A stretch of 32,000 nt of DNA, from positions 16,247 to 48,246 of the forward strand of contig JBATVL010000081.1 of assembly GCA_049671745.1 (NCBI GenBank), written 5' to 3'. How positions within the stretch are numbered: the first letter of the stretch is position 1; each line of letters begins with the position of its first letter. Positions 9,469 to 17,122 of the stretch are shown piece by piece. Made by a program: the position numbers and the translations under genes. Below the pieces are notes generated by a model that saw only the letters and a list, made by a program, of their open reading frames with translations, made no database searches and was not told the origin of the DNA. This DNA comes from Marinifilaceae bacterium (lineage in GTDB: Bacteria > Bacteroidota > Bacteroidia > Bacteroidales > Marinifilaceae).

Positions 9469-9500
9469 AGAAGAGGAAGTTAAACTTCCTCTTTAATTTT
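9469..9500. terminator. Bidirectional hairpin between the convergent CDP-alditol synthase and licD genes
   Basis: AAGAGGAAG (9471-9479) pairs with CTTCCTCTT (9485-9493) across the loop TTAAA. The licD stop codon lies in the loop. TTAATTTT follows on the + strand. Confidence 0.55.
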
Positions 9501-10331
9501 ATTCCAGTGTAATATATCTTCATGATTACAGGGAGTGAATGGTTTTATTTCTGCTGCATGAGGTATTCGGTCTTCAGGTTTTGGTAATTTCATGTAATCT
9601 CCATATGTTGTTGTAAGATATGTGTCGTAGTCGTTAGGTGCATAGAAGTACTCGTCTTCAAATTTAATCTTTCTTAATGGAAACAATGTTTCTCTTTTGA
9701 ATGTTTTATAGCCAGCAGTGACTTCTATACCTGTAGATACATATTTGAAATTCTTTGAACTGTATTGTTTTATAAATTTACTTTTGAAATATTCGTACCC
9801 TAATAATTTTATTGGCGCTATAGATATGATATCTAATAGAAAGCTAATGTTGTTGTTTATTTTTTTATTCTGTTCTTTAAATCTTCTGTTTAAAAATAAT
9901 TTTGTTGTTGAAAAATCTTTTTCGATTAAATCATATGGAAAAATATCAATAAAAATTCCTTGATGATATTTAATATCTTTTTTAAGTTCAGATTCTTGAA
10001 TGAAGGTACTGTATTTATCTCTTAGTTTAATCCACCTCCATTTTTTTAAACTGTTTTCTTTATATTGTAAGAGAATATCTTTTGGTAGTGTTTTATTTGC
10101 AATATGAATAAATATTTCATAATCCTCTCTAGGCATGCATATATCAATATCATCGTCCCATGGAATAAATCCATTATGTCTAACTGCACCCAGTAGCGTT
10201 CCTGCATCTATCCAATATGTTAATTGATGTTGTTCGCAGATGTTATGGAATGTTTTTAACATCTTAATCATAACTAGTTTTGCTTGTTCTAATGGGGTCT
10301 CTCCAGCTTCTCTATTATCAGTAATCTTCAT
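9480..10331 (-). CDS. licD: LicD-family phosphotransferase (LicD/FKTN/FKRP superfamily)
   Basis: 283-aa ORF with the hallmark YWIDAGTLLGAVRHNGFIPWDDDIDICMPREDY. It is convergent with the CDP-alditol synthase gene. Confidence 0.85.
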   Translation of the reverse strand: MKITDNREAGETPLEQAKLVMIKMLKTFHNICEQHQLTYWIDAGTLLGAVRHNGFIPWDDDIDICMPREDYEIFIHIANKTLPKDILLQYKENSLKKWRWIKLRDKYSTFIQESELKKDIKYHQGIFIDIFPYDLIEKDFSTTKLFLNRRFKEQNKKINNNISFLLDIISIAPIKLLGYEYFKSKFIKQYSSKNFKYVSTGIEVTAGYKTFKRETLFPLRKIKFEDEYFYAPNDYDTYLTTTYGDYMKLPKPEDRIPHAAEIKPFTPCNHEDILHWNKIKEEV

Positions 10332-10353
10332 ATATGTTATCTTTTGTCTTGTG

Positions 10354-10361
10354 CAAAGATA
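10354..10361 (-). promoter_or_regulatory. Candidate -7 promoter box for licD
   Basis: The minus strand reads TATCTTTG (TAnnTTTG), 23 nt upstream of the licD ATG at 10331 and just downstream of the 10401-10430 terminator. Confidence 0.4.
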
Positions 10362-10400
10362 TATATATATTGTAACATAGTTTGTTTCTTTCTTTTTTTT

Positions 10401-10430
10401 AAAAAAAGAGCCAAATATAAATTTGACTCT
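10401..10430 (-). terminator. Rho-independent terminator on the minus strand, about 400 nt downstream of the TagF-family gene stop
   Basis: The minus-strand RNA would be AGAGUCAAAU-UUAU-AUUUGGCUCU followed by U6. That is a 10-bp stem with one G-U pair and a 4-nt loop. Confidence 0.6.
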
Positions 10431-10831
10431 GTACTATTCTTTTTGTTTAAATATGATAAGTCCTTTCTATTTTTCTGATATTTGAAATATGTATTCCTAA
10501 TCTAGTTCTAGATCATTTGTGAATATTGTTTCAGCAGTGTTTAGCTCTTGTGTATCGCTTATCTTATATCTTTCTTTATGTTCTTTTTATTAAGAAAGAG
10601 TCTTGTTTTTAGAACCTATTTTTAATATTTATTAAATTATTTAGATTTGTAATTAGTTTCTAATATTCGACTTAGGGGATATTGTGTTATAATATTAAGG
10701 TAATGTTCAATGTGGGTGATTCAGCTAATTATAATTATACCTTTTGTTTAATATTTAGTAATATGTATTTTGTTCATATCGGCTAATATAATAGATTTGT
10801 TACTACTTTTCTTGAGTCTAACTGTTTAATT

Positions 10832-11911
10832 TTATTGTTCTAAAATGTTAAGCATTCTAACAGAAACATTTCCGTCAGTAGTACCAATTACTTGTTTTGT
10901 GTATTTATGCCTTATATCTTGTTTATTTCTTGGATTTTCAAACTCGCTTACTACAAAGTTCTTAAGTTTTTTATAAGATTCTACATTCTGACCTATATCT
11001 CTAAACTGATTCATGTTAGCATCAAATTTTCTAGAGAGTTTAGATTTAAAGATTCTATAAGTCCAACGAAGATGTAAGAACCTATTGCAAATTACAGGTT
11101 TATCAAGTGCTGCAAACTCAAATATAGCAGAAGATTCATCAGAGATCATTAAGTCGGATATAGCAAAGAATGGAGCTAAATTAAAATCTTTAATTCCAGC
11201 AACATATACATTAGATGCCTTCGCCCAATGTTCTAAACGTTTTCTTTGTCCTTTGTATTTCTCTCTTAAATATGAGAAATAATGAGGTTTAATGATAATA
11301 TTATATTCGGAGAAGTGTGTAGGGAAATCTTTACTCATTTTCTCTATTGAGCTTGGATAAAATGTAGGCGCATATAAAATTGTTTTTTTATTTACATCAA
11401 GTCCAATTTCTTCAAACAAATGTTTTTTCTCATTCTCGCTCATGTTTAGAACATCGTCAAGTTTAGAGAAACCTACATTTGCAAGTACTCCATTATAATC
11501 AGGATAAAGCTCTTTTATTTTGTTATATCTGAATTCTCCTTCTATAAAGCGTATATCATATTTATTCTGTTCTTCGGTAAAATAACCAGATTTTGTACCT
11601 ACTCCGTGAACAATTAGTACCGATTTCTCGTACTTGATATATGTCTCTGGGAAAGAGTTTGCCCCTGATATCAAATAGTTTGCAGTGTATGATTTATCAA
11701 CAGCTTCACCTATTTGATATTTAATTTCATGCTTTTTGCAAGTTTCAATAGCTAAGTCAAGAGTTGGTATAATATCTCTTTTCTTTCTTTCTGCAAGTAT
11801 AAATAGAAAGTTAAGATTTCTTTTCTGCATTTCTTTAGCAACAGGAAGAAACTGAGGTATATAATATAGATAATCAACTTTAAAAACAGCAAAGAAATTC
11901 ATATTACTCAT
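10832..11911 (-). CDS. CDP-glycerol/CDP-ribitol alditol-phosphotransferase, TagB/TagF (Glyphos_transf) family
   Basis: 359-aa ORF with KTILYAPTF (YAPT[FW]R-type motif), IIIKPH and DLMISDESSAIFEFAALDKPVI (the DYSS..FD-type motif of TagF-family enzymes). It has only the catalytic-domain length. Confidence 0.8.
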   Translation of the reverse strand: MSNMNFFAVFKVDYLYYIPQFLPVAKEMQKRNLNFLFILAERKKRDIIPTLDLAIETCKKHEIKYQIGEAVDKSYTANYLISGANSFPETYIKYEKSVLIVHGVGTKSGYFTEEQNKYDIRFIEGEFRYNKIKELYPDYNGVLANVGFSKLDDVLNMSENEKKHLFEEIGLDVNKKTILYAPTFYPSSIEKMSKDFPTHFSEYNIIIKPHYFSYLREKYKGQRKRLEHWAKASNVYVAGIKDFNLAPFFAISDLMISDESSAIFEFAALDKPVICNRFLHLRWTYRIFKSKLSRKFDANMNQFRDIGQNVESYKKLKNFVVSEFENPRNKQDIRHKYTKQVIGTTDGNVSVRMLNILEQ

Positions 11912-11939
11912 GTAAGTGTTTTTTATATTTGGATTATCA

Positions 11940-11947
11940 CAAAAATA
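11940..11947 (-). promoter_or_regulatory. Candidate -7 promoter box for the TagF-family gene
   Basis: The minus strand reads TATTTTTG, 29 nt upstream of the ATG at 11911, in the 96-bp divergent gap shared with the ECF sigma gene. Confidence 0.35.
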
Positions 11948-12007
11948 TAAAAAATATGTGGCATTAAAGATATTATCTCTTTCTTTGCCTATTATAATTG
12001 ATTTTTT

Positions 12008-12583
12008 ATGTCAAAACAAAAAAAAACACTATTTACGAAAAAATCTTTTGATGCTCTTTTTAGAGAGTATTATAACGATTTGTGCCGTTTCGCTTATACT
12101 TTTCTACGAGACGAACATCTTTGTGATGATATAGTTCAGGAGGTTTTTATACATCTATGGGAAAGACGTACGTCTTTAAAAGAAATACAATCGTTTAAAT
12201 CATATCTTTTCCGTGCTGTTAGAAATAAATGTATAGATTCTTTACGTAGAGATATGAGACATTCTATAGTTTCAATGGAGAATGAGAATGTGAGAGAACT
12301 TTCTTTTTATGATTATTCTCTAGAATCAATGGAGAAAGAAGATTTAAAGAATAATATAGAAGATGCTATAGGTAATCTGCCAAGAAACTGTAGAAATATA
12401 TTTGTTTTAAGTCGGGAAGCAAAACTTACTTATGCCGATATTGCAGAAGAATTGGATATTTCTAAAAAGACAGTTGAGAATCAGATAGGAATAGCGATAA
12501 AGAAAATTAGAAAACATTTGAGGCATGCAGGTTTAATTTCTTTAATTGTATCTTTTGCATGTAGTCTGCTTTTTTTTAAATAA
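12008..12583 (+). CDS. ECF-type RNA polymerase sigma-70 family factor
   Basis: 191-aa ORF. Region 2 reads LCRFAYTFLRDEHLCDDIVQEVFIHLWE. The region 4 HTH reads LTYADIAEELDISKKTVENQIGIAIKKIR. An FecR gene follows directly. Confidence 0.85.
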   Translation: MSKQKKTLFTKKSFDALFREYYNDLCRFAYTFLRDEHLCDDIVQEVFIHLWERRTSLKEIQSFKSYLFRAVRNKCIDSLRRDMRHSIVSMENENVRELSFYDYSLESMEKEDLKNNIEDAIGNLPRNCRNIFVLSREAKLTYADIAEELDISKKTVENQIGIAIKKIRKHLRHAGLISLIVSFACSLLFFK

Positions 12584-12634
12584 TTAAAAATCTTTTTGGG
12601 GGTAGTACAAATATTTAACGTCTTATAATTGAAA

Positions 12635-13582
12635 ATGGAGATTATGACTGATCTAAAAACTAATGTCGGATACGAAGAATTGATAGACTATATCAATGGA
12701 AATGCTTCTGTTTATGCACAAAAGTGTGTGAAGACATGGCTTAGTGAGGATGCTAAGAATCAGAAAATGTTTAATGAATTAAAAGCTTATTATGAGAGAA
12801 AGGGAAAATTTGAAGAAATGAACTTTGACACCGAGAAGGCTCTAAGTAAAATAAATAAACACCATAATAAGAAAAGATTATTTTCTTTCTATAGGATTGC
12901 AGGTTTTATTGTATTGCTTATTTCTTTCTCTTTTCTTTTAAAATTCATGGAATCTAATACTGGAATACAAAGAATTTTAATTGCAAATAAGTTGGAGATG
13001 GTTAAGAAGGTTATTTTACCTGATAGTTCTGTCTTGTGGCTTTCTCCTAATTCACAAATATCTTATAATAAGGATTTCGAGGGAAAATCTCGTAAGATAG
13101 ATATGAATGGACATGTTTATTTTTCTGTTACTAGAAATATAAAGAAGCCTTTTGAAGTATTTGCAAAGAATATTTATATTAAAGTATTAGGCACCTCGTT
13201 TGATGTAAGGGAAACGCATCTGAGGACTGAATTAAAGGTTAATACGGGCAGAGTTTTATTCGCAGAAAGAGGAAATATAAATAATCAGCTTGTCATTGTA
13301 AAAGATGAAGCTGCTAGTTTTGTTTTGGAATCTAAGAATATAGTGCAGAATGATATAGTTGATCCTAATTACAAATCATGGTTTACTAGAGTAATCAAGT
13401 TTAAGGGAGATGAAATAAATGATGTCTGTAAATATCTTTCAAGTTTTTATGGAAGAGAAATAAAACTTATGAATCCTCAAGATAGTACAAAAAGACTAAC
13501 TACTGTTATTGATAATTTATCTATAGAAGAAGTAAAGAAATCAATTGAATTTGCTCTTGACATAGAGCTAGATCTAAAGTAG
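12635..13582 (+). CDS. FecR-family anti-sigma factor / transmembrane sensor
   Basis: It has a cytoplasmic N-domain, a single TM segment (FYRIAGFIVLLISFSFLLKF), then a FecR-type periplasmic domain (VILPDSSVLWLSPNSQISY...VYFSV...PFEV......IKVLGTSFDV). The track start at 12629 is a TTG, so I chose the first ATG at 12635. Confidence 0.8.
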   Translation: MEIMTDLKTNVGYEELIDYINGNASVYAQKCVKTWLSEDAKNQKMFNELKAYYERKGKFEEMNFDTEKALSKINKHHNKKRLFSFYRIAGFIVLLISFSFLLKFMESNTGIQRILIANKLEMVKKVILPDSSVLWLSPNSQISYNKDFEGKSRKIDMNGHVYFSVTRNIKKPFEVFAKNIYIKVLGTSFDVRETHLRTELKVNTGRVLFAERGNINNQLVIVKDEAASFVLESKNIVQNDIVDPNYKSWFTRVIKFKGDEINDVCKYLSSFYGREIKLMNPQDSTKRLTTVIDNLSIEEVKKSIEFALDIELDLK

Positions 13583-13643
13583 CTTTTTGAATTTGTCATT
13601 AATCTTCATTTTCATTGATTAGTGTATATAATTAAAAGTTATT

Positions 13644-16163
13644 ATGAAAAAATATTTATTATTGATGTTTATTATCTCAATGAATCTTTTTGCGTTTTCG
13701 CAAGAATCTGTTCAATTGAGAGTAAATCGTTCAAATGCGTCTATTATTGAAATATTAAACGATATTGAGAATCAAACGGATTATCGTTTTACTTATGATG
13801 CGTCTAGTATTCTAGTGAATTCTCATACAAAAATAACAAAGGGAGAATATTCGTTAAAGAGTTTATTAGAACTTATTTCTAAAGAGAAATCGCTTAAATA
13901 TCTTATTGTTAAGAAAAATATTGCACTTAAAGTAAAGAAATACGTTACTATTAGTGGAGTTATAACGGATGCAAAAACAGGTGAAACTTTAATAGGTGCT
14001 AATGTTTTTGAACTTAATTCGCGAAAAGGTGTGATGAGTAATGCTTATGGTTTTTACTCTTTAAGAGTGTTAGAGGGAGATATAAAAGTAGAATTCTCTT
14101 TTATTTCTTATAATAGAAATATAAAGGAAATTAAAATTAATAAAAATATAAGACTTGATGTGTCTCTTACATCTTCTGTAGTTGAGATGAAGGATGTTTT
14201 AGTCAATGGTTTATTACCAAATGAGAATATCTCAAGAATGCCAATGGGAAAAGAAAGCATTTCTGCTGATTTTATTAATTCTATAGTTTCAATTGGTGGT
14301 GAACCAGATATTATTAAATCTTTGCAAACATTATCAGGAGTTAGAGCAATAGCTGATGGGAGTGCACAAATGTCAGTAAGAGGAGGTTCTTACGATCAGA
14401 ATCTTATTCTTTTAGACGAAGCACCTGTTTATAATCCTTCTCATGCCTTAGGTTTCTTTTCTGTTTTTAATGCAGATGCTTTTAAATCTACAGACATGTA
14501 CAAATCTTATATTCCTGCTAAGTTTGGTGGGCGTTTATCTTCAGTAATTGATATAAGAACAAAAGATGGAAACAAAGAAAAAATAGGTGTTCAAGGAGGA
14601 ATAGGTTTGCTGGCTTCTCGGCTCACAATTGATGGTCCTATAAATGAGAATACATCTTTCTTATTGGCTGGTCGTTATTCTTATGTGGGACATTTATTAA
14701 ATGCTGTTAATGCTCTTAATTTATCTAATGATTTAAGTAATAATTCGGATATTAGTTTTTATGATTTTAATTTAAAATTATCGCATAAGATTAATGCAAA
14801 TCATAGGTTATATCTATCTGCTTATGCTGGACGAGATAATTTTTATTACGCAAATATAGATGAGAAATCTAATATGGATTGGGGAAATATAACTTCTAGT
14901 CTTAGATGGAATGCTATCTTATCAGATAAGCTCTTTATGAATACAAGTCTTATTTATAGTAAGTATGATTATTCATATAATCTAAAAGATGATTCAAGAA
15001 ATTTTGATTGGACAGCAAGTTTAAATGATATAAATCTTAAGTGTGATTTAGATTATATTATTAAAGAAAATTATAATATAAAATTTGGATCAGAACTTTC
15101 GACAAGTGACATAGAACCTGGAAAGATTAGTCCAAGAGGAGGTCCTTCAAATTCAAAGAAGCTAACTTTAAAATCTCAGAGAGCTTATCTTTATGCATTT
15201 TATCTTGATAATAATTTTTCTTTATCTGAGGCGTTGGATTTTAATTTAGGTATACGTTTCAGTAATTTAGATTCAAGAAAAACAGATCAAAATGAGTATG
15301 GGAAATCTTACTCAAATTTAGAACCTCGTTTTTCTATGCGTTTAATGATAAATGAAAGCACGTCAATAAAAGCTTCTTATACAAAAACTTATCAATATTT
15401 ACATTTGATGAGTAATTCTGCTCTTGGTTTTCCCACAGATATATGGCTGCCATCTAATAAGTATATTAAGCCACAATCTTCAGATCAATATTCTCTTGGT
15501 TTGTATAAAAACTTTGCAGATAATTCTTTCGAATCTTCTGTTGAAGTCTATTATAAAAAATTAGATAATGTTATAGATTTCATAGATAATTCAAATCTAT
15601 TTTTGAATGAGAATATACACGAACAAATTCTTGCAGGTACAGGTAGAGCTTATGGAGTTGATTTTTCTATAAAGAAGATTGTTGGTAAAACACATTTTAT
15701 GGCTAATTATTCATATTCAAAAACATTTAAGACTATAGAGGGCGTAAATGGAGGAAGTGAATATCCTATGATATTTGATAAACCTCATGCAATTAATCTT
15801 TCAGTATCTCATAAAATAGGAAACAAATGGGATTTTTCTGCTTCTTGGAATTATACTTCTGGTGGAACTGCTACTTTGCCAGCTGGTCGTTTTGTATATA
15901 AAGGCATAAGCTTTCTTAATTATACTTCAAGAAATGGTTACAGACTACCTTCTAATCATCGTTTAGATCTAATGGTAACATATACAAAAAAACATAAATA
16001 TTTTGAATCACAGTGGAAGGTTGGAATATATAATGTTTATGCTCGTCATAATATGTTTGCACTTATGGTTAAACCTGATACTTATGATATAAATAGGATG
16101 ACAGGGAAAAAGATGTACATAGGTTCAATTATGCCAACTATAACTTACTGCTTTAAATTTTAA
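13644..16163 (+). CDS. TonB-dependent receptor/transducer with an N-terminal STN signalling domain and a carboxypeptidase-regulatory-like domain
   Basis: 839-aa ORF. After the signal peptide comes an STN-like region (SIIEILNDIENQTDYRFTYDAS). Then a CarboxypepD_reg-like region (VTISGVITDAKTGETLIGANV), a plug (DIIKSLQTLSGV...MSVRGGSYDQNLILLDEAPVYN) and a C-terminal beta-barrel ending in the aromatic ...YCFKF. Confidence 0.85.
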   Translation: MKKYLLLMFIISMNLFAFSQESVQLRVNRSNASIIEILNDIENQTDYRFTYDASSILVNSHTKITKGEYSLKSLLELISKEKSLKYLIVKKNIALKVKKYVTISGVITDAKTGETLIGANVFELNSRKGVMSNAYGFYSLRVLEGDIKVEFSFISYNRNIKEIKINKNIRLDVSLTSSVVEMKDVLVNGLLPNENISRMPMGKESISADFINSIVSIGGEPDIIKSLQTLSGVRAIADGSAQMSVRGGSYDQNLILLDEAPVYNPSHALGFFSVFNADAFKSTDMYKSYIPAKFGGRLSSVIDIRTKDGNKEKIGVQGGIGLLASRLTIDGPINENTSFLLAGRYSYVGHLLNAVNALNLSNDLSNNSDISFYDFNLKLSHKINANHRLYLSAYAGRDNFYYANIDEKSNMDWGNITSSLRWNAILSDKLFMNTSLIYSKYDYSYNLKDDSRNFDWTASLNDINLKCDLDYIIKENYNIKFGSELSTSDIEPGKISPRGGPSNSKKLTLKSQRAYLYAFYLDNNFSLSEALDFNLGIRFSNLDSRKTDQNEYGKSYSNLEPRFSMRLMINESTSIKASYTKTYQYLHLMSNSALGFPTDIWLPSNKYIKPQSSDQYSLGLYKNFADNSFESSVEVYYKKLDNVIDFIDNSNLFLNENIHEQILAGTGRAYGVDFSIKKIVGKTHFMANYSYSKTFKTIEGVNGGSEYPMIFDKPHAINLSVSHKIGNKWDFSASWNYTSGGTATLPAGRFVYKGISFLNYTSRNGYRLPSNHRLDLMVTYTKKHKYFESQWKVGIYNVYARHNMFALMVKPDTYDINRMTGKKMYIGSIMPTITYCFKF

Positions 16164-16167
16164 TATC

Positions 16168-17121
16168 ATGAGAAGAATATATATAATTTTTTTACTATCT
16201 GTCAGTCTCTATTCTTGCGTAGAAGATTACGATTTAAAACTTAAGGATTATACAGCAAAACATACTATTGATGCTACAATTAGTACAGATGTTGATTATA
16301 ATTTTGTTAGAATATCCAAGATTAAAGGAGGTTTAGTTTCAGGTGAGTCATTAATGTTAGTTTCAGGTGAAGGTAGATTACCAAAAGATATAGGTGTAGA
16401 GAATGCTATTGTAAAAATACAAGATAGCAAAGGAAATACTTATGAATTTTTAAAGATTCTAAATACTGACCCTAAAGGTGTTGATGATGTTTATTATGAG
16501 AAGTATGTTCATTTCAAATGTGGATATGGATATTATAAAGCTCCTGCAGGCTTTAAGGCTATAGTGGGAGAGACATATACATTGGATGTAAAAGTGGACA
16601 ATATGCACTATACTGCTATTAGTAGGGTTTTAAAGACTCCTCAAATTACAAAGATAGAAGTAAGAAAACAGCAACTTGAAATTCAAAAAGAAGAATCAAT
16701 GGTTCCCTTTATTTCTTTTACGGATGTAGATGTTAAAAACACAAATTATTATATTAGTCAGTTATATTCATTCGATATAAATAGTTTAGAAGGTAGATTA
16801 AATTCTAGTAGTAGGTTATGGGGGTACTCTATTTTTGATGATGCTTTATTAAAGCCAAAAGTCAAAGATTTCAAGATTGGTTTTGGTACTTCATCTAATC
16901 ACTTAATCTGGTATCCAGATCATGCTAATAAATTAAAAGTAAAACTAATGTCAATAAATAAAGAGGCTTACGAATATTATAAGATTCTTGTATCTCAAAT
17001 AAAAAATGATGGAGGTATGTATTCACCTTCTCCAGCTTCTCCAGTTACAAACATTAAGGGCGGAGCTTTAGGTTATTTTATGACTCTAGATGTTTCTACT
17101 ATAACTTCAAATAAATTCTAA
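16168..17121 (+). CDS. DUF4249-like lipoprotein (partner of non-SusD TonB-dependent receptors)
   Basis: 317-aa ORF with a lipoprotein signal (LLSVSLYSC). It sits 4 nt after the TonB-dependent receptor, the position DUF4249 genes usually occupy in Bacteroidota. The family assignment is by context and N-terminal pattern only. Confidence 0.5.
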   Translation: MRRIYIIFLLSVSLYSCVEDYDLKLKDYTAKHTIDATISTDVDYNFVRISKIKGGLVSGESLMLVSGEGRLPKDIGVENAIVKIQDSKGNTYEFLKILNTDPKGVDDVYYEKYVHFKCGYGYYKAPAGFKAIVGETYTLDVKVDNMHYTAISRVLKTPQITKIEVRKQQLEIQKEESMVPFISFTDVDVKNTNYYISQLYSFDINSLEGRLNSSSRLWGYSIFDDALLKPKVKDFKIGFGTSSNHLIWYPDHANKLKVKLMSINKEAYEYYKILVSQIKNDGGMYSPSPASPVTNIKGGALGYFMTLDVSTITSNKF

Positions 17122-17122
17122 A

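Noticed and set aside
10332-10831. Invertible (phase-variable) promoter hypothesis for the long spacer, as seen in Bacteroides capsule loci
   Set aside because: I looked for flanking inverted repeats of 15 bp or more bracketing a promoter and found none by eye. There are only short AT-only palindromes (for example TAATTATAATTA, T8A7 at 10393-10407 and (AT)n at 10359-10370), and no recombinase gene is in the window. A computational inverted-repeat search could still overturn this.
7697-11282. Other short embedded or antisense ORFs (7697-7924, 7924-8190, 9718-9963, 10892-11077, 11085-11282) and 11916-12134
   Set aside because: All overlap well-supported genes on the opposite strand or in another frame. 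They have no motifs or signal features, and several depend on non-ATG starts.
12584-12634. Possible ECF-type promoter (GGGGGTAGTAC...N...CGTCT) between the sigma and FecR genes
   Set aside because: The resemblance to GGAAC/CGTC-type ECF promoters is loose and the spacing is ambiguous. Autoregulated ECF promoters usually lie upstream of the sigma gene, so the evidence is insufficient.
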